Source: Macrostomum hystrix (taxonomy: Eukaryota; Animalia; Platyhelminthes). From it: 64,000 bases of DNA. The position numbers were made by a program, and so were the translations under genes. The DNA lies in contig CATNEN010000003.1 in NCBI GenBank assembly GCA_950097015.1, positions 11,966,001 through 12,030,000 of the forward strand, written 5' to 3'. The stretch's first letter is position 1, and each line of letters opens with the position of its first letter. A model generated the notes under the pieces. It was not told where the DNA came from, made no database searches, and saw only the letters and a list, made by a program, of their open reading frames with translations. Below, piece by piece: positions 48,601 to 60,092 of the stretch.

Positions 48601-51440
48601 GAGCGCCGAATTACAAAGAAGCAGGACCAGTTGATGCGTGAGCAACGGGCTGTCTTGGAGGAATCTATAGCCGGCCTTAGTCGTCACGATCGGGTTGCTG
48701 CTCAACTAAGGCGCGCCATGATTGAGACGCGACAGGCAGCCGAGGCTGAGAAGTTTCGCAAACAATTGGAATGGGAGATGGATCAGAATCTGCAGGAGAG
48801 TCGGCGAAAGTACAAGCAGAGGATACAGGAGATACTGCAGGAGCAGGAGTTTAAGTGAGTCATTTTGGACTCATTGCGGGAGAAAAGGATTGAAATCGAG
48901 ACAAAATATAAGAATGCCTAGGGCAAAATACATTTTAGGTAGAAAGTCAGCTAATTAGGGTAGAAAGATTGACAGTGGGGTAGAAAGACTGACTGTTGGG
49001 GATAGAAAGACAGACAGTGGGGATAGAAAGTCAGCCAATTTGTAGAAAGACAGACGGTGGGGGTAGAAAGACGGACAGTAGGGGTAGAAAGACGGACAGT
49101 AGGGATAGAAAGACGGACGGTGGGGGTAGAAAGACGGACGGTGGGGGTAGAAAGACGGACGGTGGGGGTAGAAAGACGGACGGTGGGGGTAGAAAGACGG
49201 ACGGTGGGGGTAGAAAGACGGACGGTGGGGGTAGAAAGACGGACGGTGGGGGTAGAAAGACCAGAAAGCGTCAGCCTCAGGCACCCGCCCCACTCCGCTC
49301 AGGTTTATCGGCATGCTGGCAGAGCTGGGTCGGTTCTCGCACAAGCAGCTGCTGGATCTGGTGTGCGCTCTGTTCCCTAGCCGAAGCCGCGATGATCTTG
49401 AACAGATAGTCAGCAAGATGCTTCCCAAGGAGGCTGCGGGCACCGCGCCAGGCAAGCGGCCGGCACGCGCAGGAGAAGAAGCTTCAGCTCAGGAGTCAGA
49501 GGAGCGCGCCCAGCTCATGCTGGAGAAGAGTTTGAAATTCCGCAGCGCAATGATGGGCGGCGCCGCCGACGCGCTGTTGGCCATCCAAAAGTTCAAGTTG
49601 TCACCGAAGAGGTAAAACAAAGCATCAGCTGACGTATTTTCTGTATTTTTTGTAAATAATAATAATAATAATAATAATATTAATAATAATAATAGTAATT
49701 GCAGGAGGGCTGCGGGCAATGGCACATCATTTAGTGACACTAGACCCGCAGCCAGCGATGAGGCAATTCCGCCCATTTCGCTGACTCCTGAGCACACACG
49801 CACACAGATACTGTACGCATGCATACGCTCACACAGGTGTGTACATCTGCCCTGTCTTTCTTATCGTCAGGCAGTGTACATTTGACTGTGCCTTGGAGGT
49901 TGGCCCTCAAGGGCGCGAATTGCACGACAAGCCCCCATGCCTTTTCTCCGCGGCTGCGCCCCAAATAAATGTGGCCTCGCCGTGGAATCGAACTTAGGGA
50001 CCTTGGTGCGAGAGGCAAACGCGATAACCGCTCTGCCACCGACCCCCTACGTTATGCGAGTATGTTAGGATTCACCTTATTTTTAAAGTTAATCGCTTAC
50101 GAATTTCCCTGATTGACGTGGGGATAGTCCACTGGGATATTTCAATACCCACTGCCTACTTCACCATAGCTCCCAAGCTGAGTGACCGATTTTCGTGAAC
50201 AGTAATTTGGGTACTTTACGAAAAACTAACTTTCTAAGACGTCCGGTGTCAGCATCGTGTTATATGATAAAACTTGACAATATAATTAATAAAATGTAAT
50301 TAATTACATTAACTTTTAAAGATTGTTGGCGAGAATTGTTGAATATCTCGACGATGCCGATGTCCTGTGATTCTAGAAGTTGTTTGATCAGACAGAGTGA
50401 AAAGTTTTCGTCCGTGTTCTAGATTTTCTTGGGGACGGTTTGAATATTTTAGGAGATCTAGAAAATGATAAAATGTGGTTATTTGAAATATAACCCTCAG
50501 TCTTTCTACCGTTAAGAAATCTTTGCGATTTTTTATAAACTTAAAATTTCAATCAATAGCAAAAAAGATTCAATTCAGCTCGCATATAATTGTTTTATTG
50601 CTTAAATTGTTTCCACTCTAGAATTTCCCTGTAAATTGATTTCCTATCAAGGGCCTTCCCGGATTTATGATTTCCCCAGTAGATCCAAGATCCAAAAGTA
50701 GAGGATTTCCCTGACGAGATTTACCTTCTTGGATTTCCCTGACCTTGGATTTCCCTGACCTTGGATTTCCCTGGCCTTGGATTTCCCTGGCCTTGGATTT
50801 CCGTAACCGTGGATTTCCCTGACCTTGGATTTCACTGGCCTTGCTTTTCCCTGACCAAAGATTTCCTTAGCCATGGATTCCCTTGGCCTTTAATTTTCCC
50901 TGACCTTGGATTTCCCGACCTTGGATTTCCTTGACCTTGGATTTCCATGACCTTGGATTTCCCTGTCCTTAGATTTTCATGTCCTTAGATTTCCCTTAGA
51001 TTTTCCTAGACAGAAATTTCCGATCTAGTGAGTTTTTAAGATCAAGAACTTTCATTTATCGAAAGCAATAAGTCCTCAGCATCTCTGAGCTCTTAGTTGT
51101 TGATCGCATTTCCAGGAAAGCCGCTCGAAATGAGGCTGGCGAGCTGAAGTCGATTCCGGCCAGCTACAACTCGGAGTCGCTGACGCCAATCGATGGCTCC
51201 TACGATAGGAGCGCCAACGGTAAACAGCGAGCCGCTTCCAACTCGCTGGACTATCCGCCCTCGAGTCGGCAGCCGCATCCGCCGCCAGTCGGTCGCGGCG
51301 GGGATCTTCCTCCTCTGGATGCCGACTTTGGCACCGGCTCAAAGAAGTCCGGCAGCAAAAAGAAGAACCACATGCCGCCGCCCTTGAAGCCGGCTGTGCG
51401 TCGCGTCGACGAGACCTTGTCCGAGGAAGAGTCCGTCTGA
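24665..51440 (+). CDS. EVC2: EVC2/limbin-like type I membrane protein, ~1900 aa. Exons 24665-25024, 29862-30221, 31188-31401, 32176-32235, 32363-32431, 34123-34557, 34912-35085, 35864-36093, 36195-36350, 36973-37213, 37300-37412, 37494-37724, 38436-38518, 38600-39864, 41138-41569, 42797-43041, 47917-48096, 48583-48854, 49303-49611, 51116-51440 (alternative in-frame ATG at 24626)
   Basis: Signal peptide [21 protein letters not shown]; beta-rich ectodomain; [29 protein letters not shown]; juxtamembrane [22 protein letters not shown]...[12 protein letters not shown] resembles (from memory) the EVC2_like domain; long coiled coil; junction phases are compatible. Confidence 0.82.
25150..29810. repeat. 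~4.6-kb 21-bp satellite (tagatacagaatcsaacctgt)n, ~220 units, EVC2 intron 1
   Basis: Visible tandem array with variant units. Confidence 0.98.
30300..30815. repeat. Degenerate 19/20-bp minisatellite (attttggggaatccctgacc)n
   Basis: Visible tandem array. Confidence 0.9.
31455..31994. repeat. (GGAA)n purine microsatellite
   Basis: Direct. Confidence 0.98.
32590..33166. repeat. (TAC)n/(TACTA)n compound microsatellite
   Basis: Direct. Confidence 0.97.
33485..34020. repeat. 13-bp-based minisatellite (ccatccctgtgtta-like)
   Basis: Direct. Confidence 0.95.
35215..35581. repeat. Minisatellite (22- and 35-bp units) containing aTGACGTCAt
   Basis: About 12 copies of atgacgtcatcatcctgtatca. Confidence 0.95.
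36525..36848 (+). mobile_element. SINE family B
   Basis: tRNA-like head and body match the other copies. Confidence 0.88.
37745..38062 (-). mobile_element. SINE family B, B-box region deleted
   Basis: Matches family B; lacks the ggaatcgaac segment. Confidence 0.88.
38125..38280. repeat. 16-bp minisatellite (aaaagttcactttcct)n
   Basis: Direct. Confidence 0.93.
39895..40192 (+). mobile_element. SINE family A (CORE-like) with tandemly amplified 5' end, 3'-truncated
   Basis: Several ~20-bp units ggaggaggttgtagccttgt, then tRNA head, then ccttcagcaagacacttaactctgcattgcttcagttcacccagctgttaaatggg. Confidence 0.88.
40890..41080. repeat. Degenerate ~20-bp array of (tagcatagcaacca)-like units
   Basis: About 7-9 units containing tagcaac or a close variant. 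Confidence 0.75.
41575..42545. repeat. 8/16-bp G-rich minisatellite (tgggaagtatgggatc)n
   Basis: Direct. Confidence 0.95.
43284..43468 (-). repeat. 3' LTR (185 bp)
   Basis: Identical by eye to 47695-47879. Confidence 0.96.
43688..47661 (-). pseudogene. gag-pol polyprotein broken by one frameshift at ~45755 inside RT
   Basis: Zn knuckles CNRCGRPGH and [14 protein letters not shown], protease LIDSGA, RT WIHDDVV, RNase H VDAG...[10 protein letters not shown], integrase HQGH...CRSC and ADF/TDNG/TER; frame switches at HGITL / [13 protein letters not shown]. Confidence 0.92.
47695..47879 (-). repeat. 5' LTR (185 bp)
   Basis: Identical by eye to 43284-43468. Confidence 0.96.
48145..48322. repeat. 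63-bp tandem units related to 43178-43243
   Basis: atcttt.gaatgcgcacgc.agagaatg...agccacaaccaaccccaaatat occurs in both introns. Confidence 0.85.
48957..49262. repeat. 21-bp G-rich minisatellite (gggggtagaaagacggacggt)n
   Basis: Direct. Confidence 0.94.
49655..50046 (-). mobile_element. SINE family B, full length
   Basis: Minus: ggggtcggtggcagagcgg...gttcgattccacggcgaggcc...tgcaatt plus (ATT)n tail. Confidence 0.92.
50700..51010. repeat. 16-bp minisatellite (ccttggatttccctga)n
   Basis: Direct. Confidence 0.92.
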
Positions 51441-53219
51441 TATGGATCTGTATCCGTGCACAGACTAGCTCACTTCAGGGAAACTATCGCTAATGTATCT
51501 TACGAAAAATTGAGCAACTCTGACAGAAGAATCTTTGTTTATAATATTTCACAACGAATTACACATTTGAATAAATAATAATTTGCGTTGCTACCATAAT
51601 AGTTTGAAACTAGTTTTGGGGAGCCCCACTGCTATTTTTAGAACAAGAACAATTTCAACGGGAATTCCATTGCTATTTTTAGAACGGACAGTTCCGCGAG
51701 AATCCATATAATATATTTATAAAAACATCTAGGGGAGTCTACGAGCTGCTTTTTTGCACAGTATACGAACAAGTTGAGGAAATCCTTGCGTGTTTCAGAA
51801 AAAAACTAAATTACCGTCAGTTTTTTTATCTCAAATAGACGTTTTCGGCAATCTTAAGTTTAAGATTTAAGATCTCAAGTTTAAACGGTATTGTGAAGAA
51901 CTCTATAGAAGTTATTGTCAAAAAAACTATAGGGCCTACAACTGTTGTAGTTGCCATTGTCGAATAAAAATACTTTTTTCACCTTTGTTTGTTCAGGTTG
52001 TCTCGTGCCTTTTCTACAAAGTTATTTGTTTTAGTTGTCTATGAATTTGCCTTCAAAACGTCTGAGCTGAGAGAACACAGATGATTATTAATAACTCGTG
52101 AATTTCACACTCTCTTCCTCAGATTTACTTTACGCCCACTTTCAGGCTTGTTTATTAATGCTACTAAATTTTTTGTTATTTTATTTCTGGCCTTATGTTT
52201 TTTGTAGCATACAGTTTGGTTCAGTTATTGCTGTCTCTGTGATATGTTGTTAATTGATTTGACAAATCAGTGCTTTGCTACTGTCACTCTCTTGGTTAAA
52301 TTGTATCACATGTGCCACTCTGACTTTGTACTAAAAATAGTAATTGCTAACATTTAATTGGCGAGTTCATTTATTCTTAGATAAAATCTTTGTTTCTAAA
52401 TTTAGAACCGTTTGGAATCCCCGCGGAATCCTAGGGATACTCGCGGCTATAATTAGAAAATTCTGGAATTCCTAGTTAAATCAAAATTTAATAAGGAAAT
52501 TTATTTAACAATATTGGTGTTTATTTAATAAAAAATTATTAAGTTTGTTATTTATTTTTTAAAATTAAATTATAGCCAGTTTCGAAGAATTTGAGGTTAA
52601 AATAGTTCTTCAGAGTAGTTAAAATTGGAGTTAAAGTTTTTCCAATGATTCTGGTTTAAGTATTTTAAATTTTAAAAGATTTACTAATTATTGAACTCTT
52701 CTACTCGAGGCATTGATTTGAGATTCGAGGTGCGTTGAAATGTTTTGTTTGAATGGTATGTACTCAGTCTCTCGTGCTTTACATATATTAATCTATATAT
52801 GAATAGAGTTCTATTCATTACTAATATTTCCTTTATTTTTTCTCCTCACGCACTTAAATACCAGATTTGATTTTATTTGCTTTAATTTACTAATAACTCT
52901 AAACACAAGATTACTTGAATGCAGAATAGAGTTCTGTTGTTATTTTTATCTAGAAAATAAATTTATTTATAAATTGCTTATTTATATTTACCAAAGAAGA
53001 TTCGGTGGTAACTCAAGATTGACACAATTTAACGATTCAACTGCACCTGCAGAATGCAGATTCTCCCGTGTTCGATTTTTTACGGGGCTGACAAAGTAGT
53101 GAAGGTTTGAAACTAAAGAGCGAGGCAGATTGGGAGATTTGGAGGGAGTGGGAGAGAGGGGAGGGGATAGAAAAGGGAGAGTTTAGAAGGGGGAAAGAGG
53201 GAGAGAGAAGAATGATAAG

Positions 53220-55790
53220 GAGAGAGTGAGAGTGGAGTTAGAGCGACAGTAAGAGGGGAGGCAGTGAGAGTGGAGTCAGAGTCAGAGTGACAGTGGACTC
53301 AGAATGAGAGTGGAGTCAGAATCAGAGTGCAGTTAGAGTCAGAGTGAGTTGAGTCAGAGTCGAAGTCAGAGTGGAGTCAGACTCAGAGTCAGAGTGACAG
53401 TGGACTCAGAGTGACAGTGGACTCAGAGTGAGAGTGAGAGTCAGACTCAGAGTCAGAGTGGAGTCAGAGTCAGAGTAACAGTGGAGTCAGACTCAGAGTC
53501 AGAGTGGAGTCAGAGTGACAGTGGAGTCAGAGTGACAGTGGAGTCAGAGTGACAGTGGAGTCAGAGTGACAGTGGACTCAGAGTTAGAGTGGAGTCAGAA
53601 TCAGAGTGGAGTTAGAGTCAGAGTGAGTTGGTTAAATTGTGACTCTGAGTCAGAGTCGAAGTCAGAGTGACAGTGGACTCAGAGTGAGAGTGGAGTCAGA
53701 GTAACAGTGGAGTCAGAGTGTGAGTGAGAGTGAGAGTGGAGTCAGAGTGACAGTGGAGTCAGAGTGTGAGTGAGAGTGAGAGTGGAGTCAGAGTGAGAGT
53801 GGAGTCAGAGTGGAGTCAGAGTCAGAGTGAGAGTGGAGTCAGAGTGGAGTCAGAGTCAGAGTCAGAGTGGAGTCAGAGTGAGAGTGAGAGTGAGAGTCAG
53901 ACTCAGAGTCAGAGTGGAGTCAGAGTCAGAGTAACAGTGGAGTCAGACTCAGAGTCAGAGTGGAGTCAGAGTGACAGTGGAGTCAGAGTGACAGTGGAGT
54001 CAGAGTGACAGTGGACTCAGAGTTAGAGTGGAGTCAGAATCAGAGTGGAGTTAGAGTCAGAGTGAGTTGGTTAAATTGTGACTCTGAGTCAGAGTCGAAG
54101 TCAGAGTGACAGTGGACTCAGAGTGAGAGTGGAGTCAGAGTAACAGTGGAGTCAGAGTGTGAGTGAGAGTGAGAGTGGAGTCAGAGTGACAGTGGAGTCA
54201 GAGTGTGAGTGAGAGTGAGAGTGGAGTCAGAGTGAGAGTGGAGTCAGAGTGGAGTCAGAGTCAGAGTGAGAGTGGAGTCAGAGTGGAGTCAGAGTCAGAG
54301 TCAGAGTGGAGTCAGAGTGAGAGTGAGAGTGAGAGTCAGACTCAGAGTCAGAGTGGAGTCAGAGTCAGAGTAACAGTGGAGTCAGACTCAGAGTCAGAGT
54401 GGAGTCAGAGTGACAGTGGAGTCAGAGTGACAGTGGAGTCAGAGTGACAGTGGACTCAGAGTTAGAGTGGAGTCAGAATCAGAGTGGAGTTAGAGTCAGA
54501 GTGAGTTGGTTAAATTGTGACTCTGAGTCAGAGTCGAAGTCAGAGTGACAGTGGAGTCAGAGTGACAGTGGACTCAGAGTTAGAGTGGAGTCAGAATCAG
54601 AGTGGAGTTAGAGTCAGAGTGAGTTGGTTAAATTGTGACTCTGAGTCAGAGTCGAAGTCAGAGTGACAGTGGACTCAGAGTGAGAGTGGAGTCAGAGTAA
54701 CAGTGGAGTCAGAGTGTGAGTGAGAGTGAGAGTGGAGTCAGAGTGACAGTGGAGTCAGAGTGTGAGTGAGAGTGAGAGTGGAGTCAGAGTGAGAGTGGAG
54801 TCAGAGTGGAGTCAGAGTCAGAGTGAGAGTGGAGTCAGAGTGGAGTCAGAGTCAGAGTCAGAGTGGAGTCAGAGTGAGAGTGAGAGTGAGAGTCAGACTC
54901 AGAGTCAGAGTGGAGTCAGAGTCAGAGTAACAGTGGAGTCAGACTCAGAGTCAGAGTGGAGTCAGAGTGACAGTGGAGTCAGAGTGACAGTGGAGTCAGA
55001 GTGACAGTGGACTCAGAGTTAGAGTGGAGTCAGAATCAGAGTGGAGTTAGAGTCAGAGTGAGTTGGTTAAATTGTGACTCTGAGTCAGAGTCGAAGTCAG
55101 AGTGACAGTGGACTCAGAGTGAGAGTGGAGTCAGAGTAACAGTGGAGTCAGAGTGTGAGTGAGAGTGAGAGTGGAGTCAGAGTGACAGTGGAGTCAGAGT
55201 GTGAGTGAGAGTGAGAGTGGAGTCAGAGTGAGAGTGGAGTCAGAGTGGAGTCAGAGTCAGAGTGAGAGTGGAGTCAGAGTGGAGTCAGAGTCAGAGTCAG
55301 AGTGGAGTCAGAGTGAGAGTGAGAGTGAGAGTCAGACTCAGAGTCAGAGTGGAGTCACAGTCAGAGTAACAGTGGAGTCAGAGTGAGAGTGGAGTCAGAG
55401 TGAGAGTGGAGTCTGAGTGAGAGTAAAGTCTGAGTCAGAGTGAGAGTGGAGTCAGACTCAGAGTCAGAGTGACAGTGGAGTCAGAGTGAGAGTGAGAGCG
55501 AGAGTGAGAGTGGAGTCAGAGTGAGAGTGAGAGTGAGAGTGGAGTCAGAGTGGAGTCAGAGTCAGAGTGAGAGTGGAGTCAGAGTGAGAGTGAGAGTGAG
55601 AGTGGAGTCAGACTCAGAGTCAGAGTGACAGTGGAGTCAGAGTGAGAGTGGAGTCAGACTCAGAGTCAGAGTGGAGTCAGAGTGACAGTGGAGTCAGAGT
55701 GAGAGTGAGAGTGAGAGTCAGACTCAGAGTGAGAGTGGAGTCAGAGTCAGAGTGGAGTCAGACTCAGAGTGAGAGTGGAGGCCGAGTGAG
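53220..55790. repeat. Hexamer-based satellite (gagtca/gagtga/cagtgg) with a 439-bp higher-order repeat
   Basis: Matching blocks start at 53766, 54205, 54762 and 55201; marker gttggttaaattgtgactc recurs. Confidence 0.96.
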
Positions 55791-56505
55791 GGTTTCTCAT
55801 GCCTCACATCAAACAGGAAATCCGAGAGCAAAAAAACTATTTTCTGCCTCACAATTTTTGTCTACCCCACAAAACCGACTCCTCGAATCCAAGCTGAATT
55901 GGTTACAACTGAAGAAAAATTCTAAATTAAGCCTAAAGTTGCAACGCTATTGCAAGTGCTACGCAGAATTAAATTGCTCGGCTAACTTTTGAGAAATTTA
56001 CGACTTAAAAAGCCAGCCCTTAAAGTTGCAATTGGCCGAAAATCTAAGCTATTTTATGTCTGCGACTCTGCGTACTCTCTCTCTCTCTCACTCTCTCTCA
56101 CTCTTCTTGCCTTTGATTCTGGTTGGCTGAGAGATCTGAGGCCGAAATTCTTAGAAAGCTTATTATAGAATGTAAATTCTCTCGATTAGCTAAACACTGT
56201 GCCCACTATTTTTGGTGTTGTGCATTAATAAATTGCGCAACCTACGAGCTACTTGAGCAAATTTCTGTATTTAAAGAGAAAGAAATTTTGCAAGTATGTC
56301 TTTTGAAAAGAAAATTTAGGATAGAAAAATAAAAGCATTCCGATTGTGTCAAAACTGTAGAAAAGACCAAAAAGGCAGTTTAAAGACACTGAAAATTTAT
56401 AAGCACAGAAAGCCAAAAGCATCTCGAAAGAATAATTCACTTGACTGAATTCTAATTTTCTGTTGATTAAAGAACTTTATACAGGTAAGTCTTGTAAGTT
56501 TTCTG

Positions 56506-56885
56506 CTAACAGGTAACAGGTGAACAGTCCGTGTCTAACAGGTGAACAGTCCGTGTCTAACAGGTGAACAGTCCGTGTCTAACAGGTGAACAGTCCGTGT
56601 CTAACAGGTGAACAGTCCGTGTCTAACAGGTGAACAATCCGTGTCTAACAGGTGAACAATCCGTGTCTAACAGGTGAACAATCCGTGTCTAACAGGTGAA
56701 CAGCCCTTGTCTAACAGGTGAACAGCCCTTGTCTAACAGGTGAACAGCCCTTGTCTAACAGGTGAACAGCCCTTGTCTAACAGGTGAACAGCCCTTGTCT
56801 AACAGGTTAACAGTTCTTGTATAACAGGTGAACAGTCCGTGTCTAACAGGTGACGCAGTCTTTGTCTAACAGGTGGACAGTCCTT
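56506..56885. repeat. 22-bp minisatellite (ctaacaggtgaacagtccgtgt)n
   Basis: Direct. Confidence 0.95.
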
Positions 56886-57454
56886 AAACAAGTTCTAATC
56901 AAACAAGATTTCTTTCAAGCACTCGTATAGCTGGTTAATTTAACAAATTTCTAGATAATTTCTAGTTAATAAGGCAGAATGTTAATTTTCCTACGCCAAA
57001 TGATCAGCAGATCATTTCTAAATACTTCCTACGTAATTGGTGTGTCCTTAATTCGAGATGAATCATCCCAGTGCACAACTCTATACTTTATCGATAATCC
57101 TTAATTACTGCAGTATAGCTTAAATCACTATGTCAAACTAAAAAGACAGATTAAAGACTTTAGCGGGATATTTGGTAGATTGGTATTAACGAATCTATGA
57201 GCTCATAAATTAATGCGATATCTTCCACAAGGAGAAAGCCATTTTTATCCTTAACTGACCCTGTGTGTTGTAGAATCCAGCAGGAGTTGGTAGTTAATCA
57301 CTACAGGGGAATTGGGGTATCTAGCCTTGCTACTTAATCATACATCTATATGTATGAGACTTAGCGTAGCCTCTTAATGAATCATTGCAGAATAATCCAA
57401 AATACATGCGTATCTTGCTTAGCTAAATGTCAATAAACACGGATCTACCATGGC

Positions 57455-57530
57455 AGGCTAAGGTCCCTGACCTCGATTCCGCGGTGAGGCCACACTCTAT
57501 AGGGGCGCAGCCGCGGAGAGAAGGCTTTGG
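57455..57530 (+). mobile_element. SINE family B head fragment
   Basis: aaggtccctgacctcgattccgcggtgaggccaca...ggggcgcagccgcggagagaagg. Confidence 0.75.
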
Positions 57531-57713
57531 GGTATTTCAAATACCCACTTTTTTATTCTGTGTGTCCAAAAATATTCAATATTCAATATTGGATCAATTG
57601 CCAATAAAATCCAGAACACGGACTAAAGCGGTCGTGTTCGTTATAAAATTAAACAGCTGAATTTCATAAATTTATCTCACATTAAAACGAAACACTACTC
57701 TACAGCCCACAGA

Positions 57714-59188
57714 ATGTTACTTACACCATCTCTGCTTCTACTGCTGCTGCTGATGCTGTCTGTCCACACAGCCTCCGGAGTCCAGGCAGTGTCAAGCCAG
57801 TTGGCTAACGACGTCTTCAACTTTGATTTCACTTGGCAGCCTTTGAGACCGTTGGAAAATGACACGGTACATTTCAGAGCCATCGGCATCAGTGAGTCGT
57901 ATTTAAACGAGTTGAACAATGTCAGCTTCCGTTGGTATCGACAGATGCCATCGGCTGATTTTCGTCTGTTACACATTGGAAAGAGATATAGTCTGAATGC
58001 TTCTGACTACTTTGAAGGCCGGTACAAACTTAGCGTGAAGATGTAAGTTTCACCAGCACTCCAGTATCCGTTTAGTTTAACTCCTATCCCTTAACAGGAT
58101 TTCAGGAGCTTGTTTACGCTGACGTGTTTAATAATAATAATAATATTTGCAGTAGGGCTGCAGGCAATGGCACATCATTTGGTGACACTAGACCCGCAGC
58201 CAGCGAGGAAGCAATTCTGTCCATTTCGCTGACTCCTGAGCACACATGCACATAGATACTGTACACAGGCACACTCACGCGAGGTGTCTACATCTGCCCT
58301 GACTTTCTCAGCGTCGTTAGGCAGGCACTGTGCTTTGGAGGCTGGCCTTCAAGGGCGAAAATTGCACGACAAGCCCCCAAGCCTTCTCTCCGCGGCTGCG
58401 CCCCGAATGAATGGGGCCTCGGAATCGAGATCTGCAGAGACCTTGGTGCGAGAGGCAAATGCATATTAACCGCTCTGCCACTGACCCCCTTTACTCTGAG
58501 GTTAGATCTTAGGATTTTTTAACGTGAGGTCAGTGTCAACGGAAGCTATTTGTGTTCTTGAGATAGACACAAAATAATGTAATTTCGATCTCTGAACCGG
58601 CATCTGAAAGTTCATTTCGTCCCATGCGCTCGTACAAGGTCGTCAGCAGCTCGGGAGGTCGAATATCAATCTAGCTGGTCTCAAATAGACATTGTGAAGT
58701 ACATCGGTCTGCAACGCCGCATTCGTTCGGCTCTGATTGTACAGAATCTAACAGGCAGTCGGCCTAGTCGTCGGATAATCTGTCGCTACTGGGGCTATCC
58801 TCTGGTTGAGTCTTTGAAATTCGTCGCTCCCAAGCCAGAAGTTTGCCAGCGTTCTGGCCACTTCGAAACTGTGGAGTCGGAGCCCTACATTGATCTGGTG
58901 TCTGTCTGCTCAACAGATCGCTTGCCAGCCGGCGAGTATAGTTGCTACGGACGCAATTCAATCGGCGATAGCAGATTAAAGTGTCGCTTGACTGACAGTC
59001 AAGCACAATTGCTGGGTTATATCGCTGATTGTCCAGAAGTTGAGGCCACCGATTTTGATGCACCGAGTCGACAGATTGCTCGCAGTCAGGTGAACACTGC
59101 CGTGGCCACTAACGGGGCCGCGATGACTGCTCGGGTTGCCATGGGAACGGTTCTTAGTTGCCTAGTACTTGCGATGATGCTGGGGTAG
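57714..59188 (+). CDS. Secreted, probably GPI-anchored protein with two Ig-like domains, ~292 aa; exons 57714-58042 and 58639-59188
   Basis: Leu-rich signal peptide; FRWYRQ...EGRYKLSV (Cys-less Ig-like); ICRYWGYP...AGEYSCYGRNSIG (I-set-like); hydrophobic C-terminus with no cytosolic tail; phase-2 GT-AG intron. Confidence 0.8.
58128..58488 (-). mobile_element. SINE family B in the Ig-gene intron
   Basis: Matches family B from head to tail. Confidence 0.9.
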
Positions 59189-59234
59189 ATGTGTACTTCA
59201 AAACAGCAAATCCTCTTGTTAACGGGTTGGCGGC

Positions 59235-60092
59235 CTTTAAAAGCAGGTGGACTCCCTTCAAAAAAAGATGGACTCCCTTCAAAAACAGGTGGACTCCCTT
59301 CAAAAACAGGTGGACTCCCTTCAAAAACAGGTGGACTCCCTTCAAAAACAGGTGGACTCCATTCAAAAACAGATGGACTCCATTCAAAAACAGGTGGACT
59401 CCCTTCAAAAACAGGTGGACTCCCTCCGTTCAATAGCAGTCAGAGTCCATCTTAAAAATCGATAGAATCCCTTTAAAACAGGTGGACTCTTTTCAAAACA
59501 GATTGGCTCCCTTCAAAACCGGTGGAATCCCTTCAAAACCGGTTGAATCCCTTCAAAACCGGTTGAATCCCTTCAAAACAGGTTGAATCCCTTCAAAACC
59601 GGTTGAATCCCTTCAAAACCGGTTGAATCCCTTAAAAAACAGGTGGACTCCCTCCGTTCAATAGCAGTCAGAGTCCATCTTAAAAATCGATAGAATCCCT
59701 TCAAAACCGGTGGACTCTTTTCAAAACAGATTGGCTCCCTTCAAAACCGGTTGAATCCCTTCAAAACCGGTTGAATCCCTTCAAAACCGGTTGAATCCCT
59801 TCAAAACAGGTTGAATACCTTCAATACAGGTTGAATCCCTTCAAAACCGGTTGAATACCTTCAATACAGGTTGAATCCCTTCAAAACAGGTTGAATACCT
59901 TCAATACAGGTTGAATCCCTTCAAAACAGGTTGAATCCCTTCAAAACCGGTTGAATACCTTCAAAACAGGTTGAATCCCTTCAATACAGGTTGAATCCCT
60001 TCAAAACAGGTTGAATCCCTTCAAAACAGGTTGAATCCCTTCAAAACCGGTTGAATCCCTTCAAAACAGGTGCATGGAGTCCCTTCAAAACA
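59235..60092. repeat. 20/21-bp minisatellite (ccttcaaaacmggttgaatc)n
   Basis: Direct; internal block duplication ~59405 and ~59635. Confidence 0.95.

Noticed and set aside
49970-50046. SINE heads as tRNA genes
   Set aside because: They have A/B boxes but no complete cloverleaf and continue into a shared body and (ATT)n tail.
56506-56885. CRISPR-like appearance of regular arrays (here and elsewhere)
   Set aside because: Units are head-to-tail with no unique spacers, there are no cas genes, and the context is eukaryotic.
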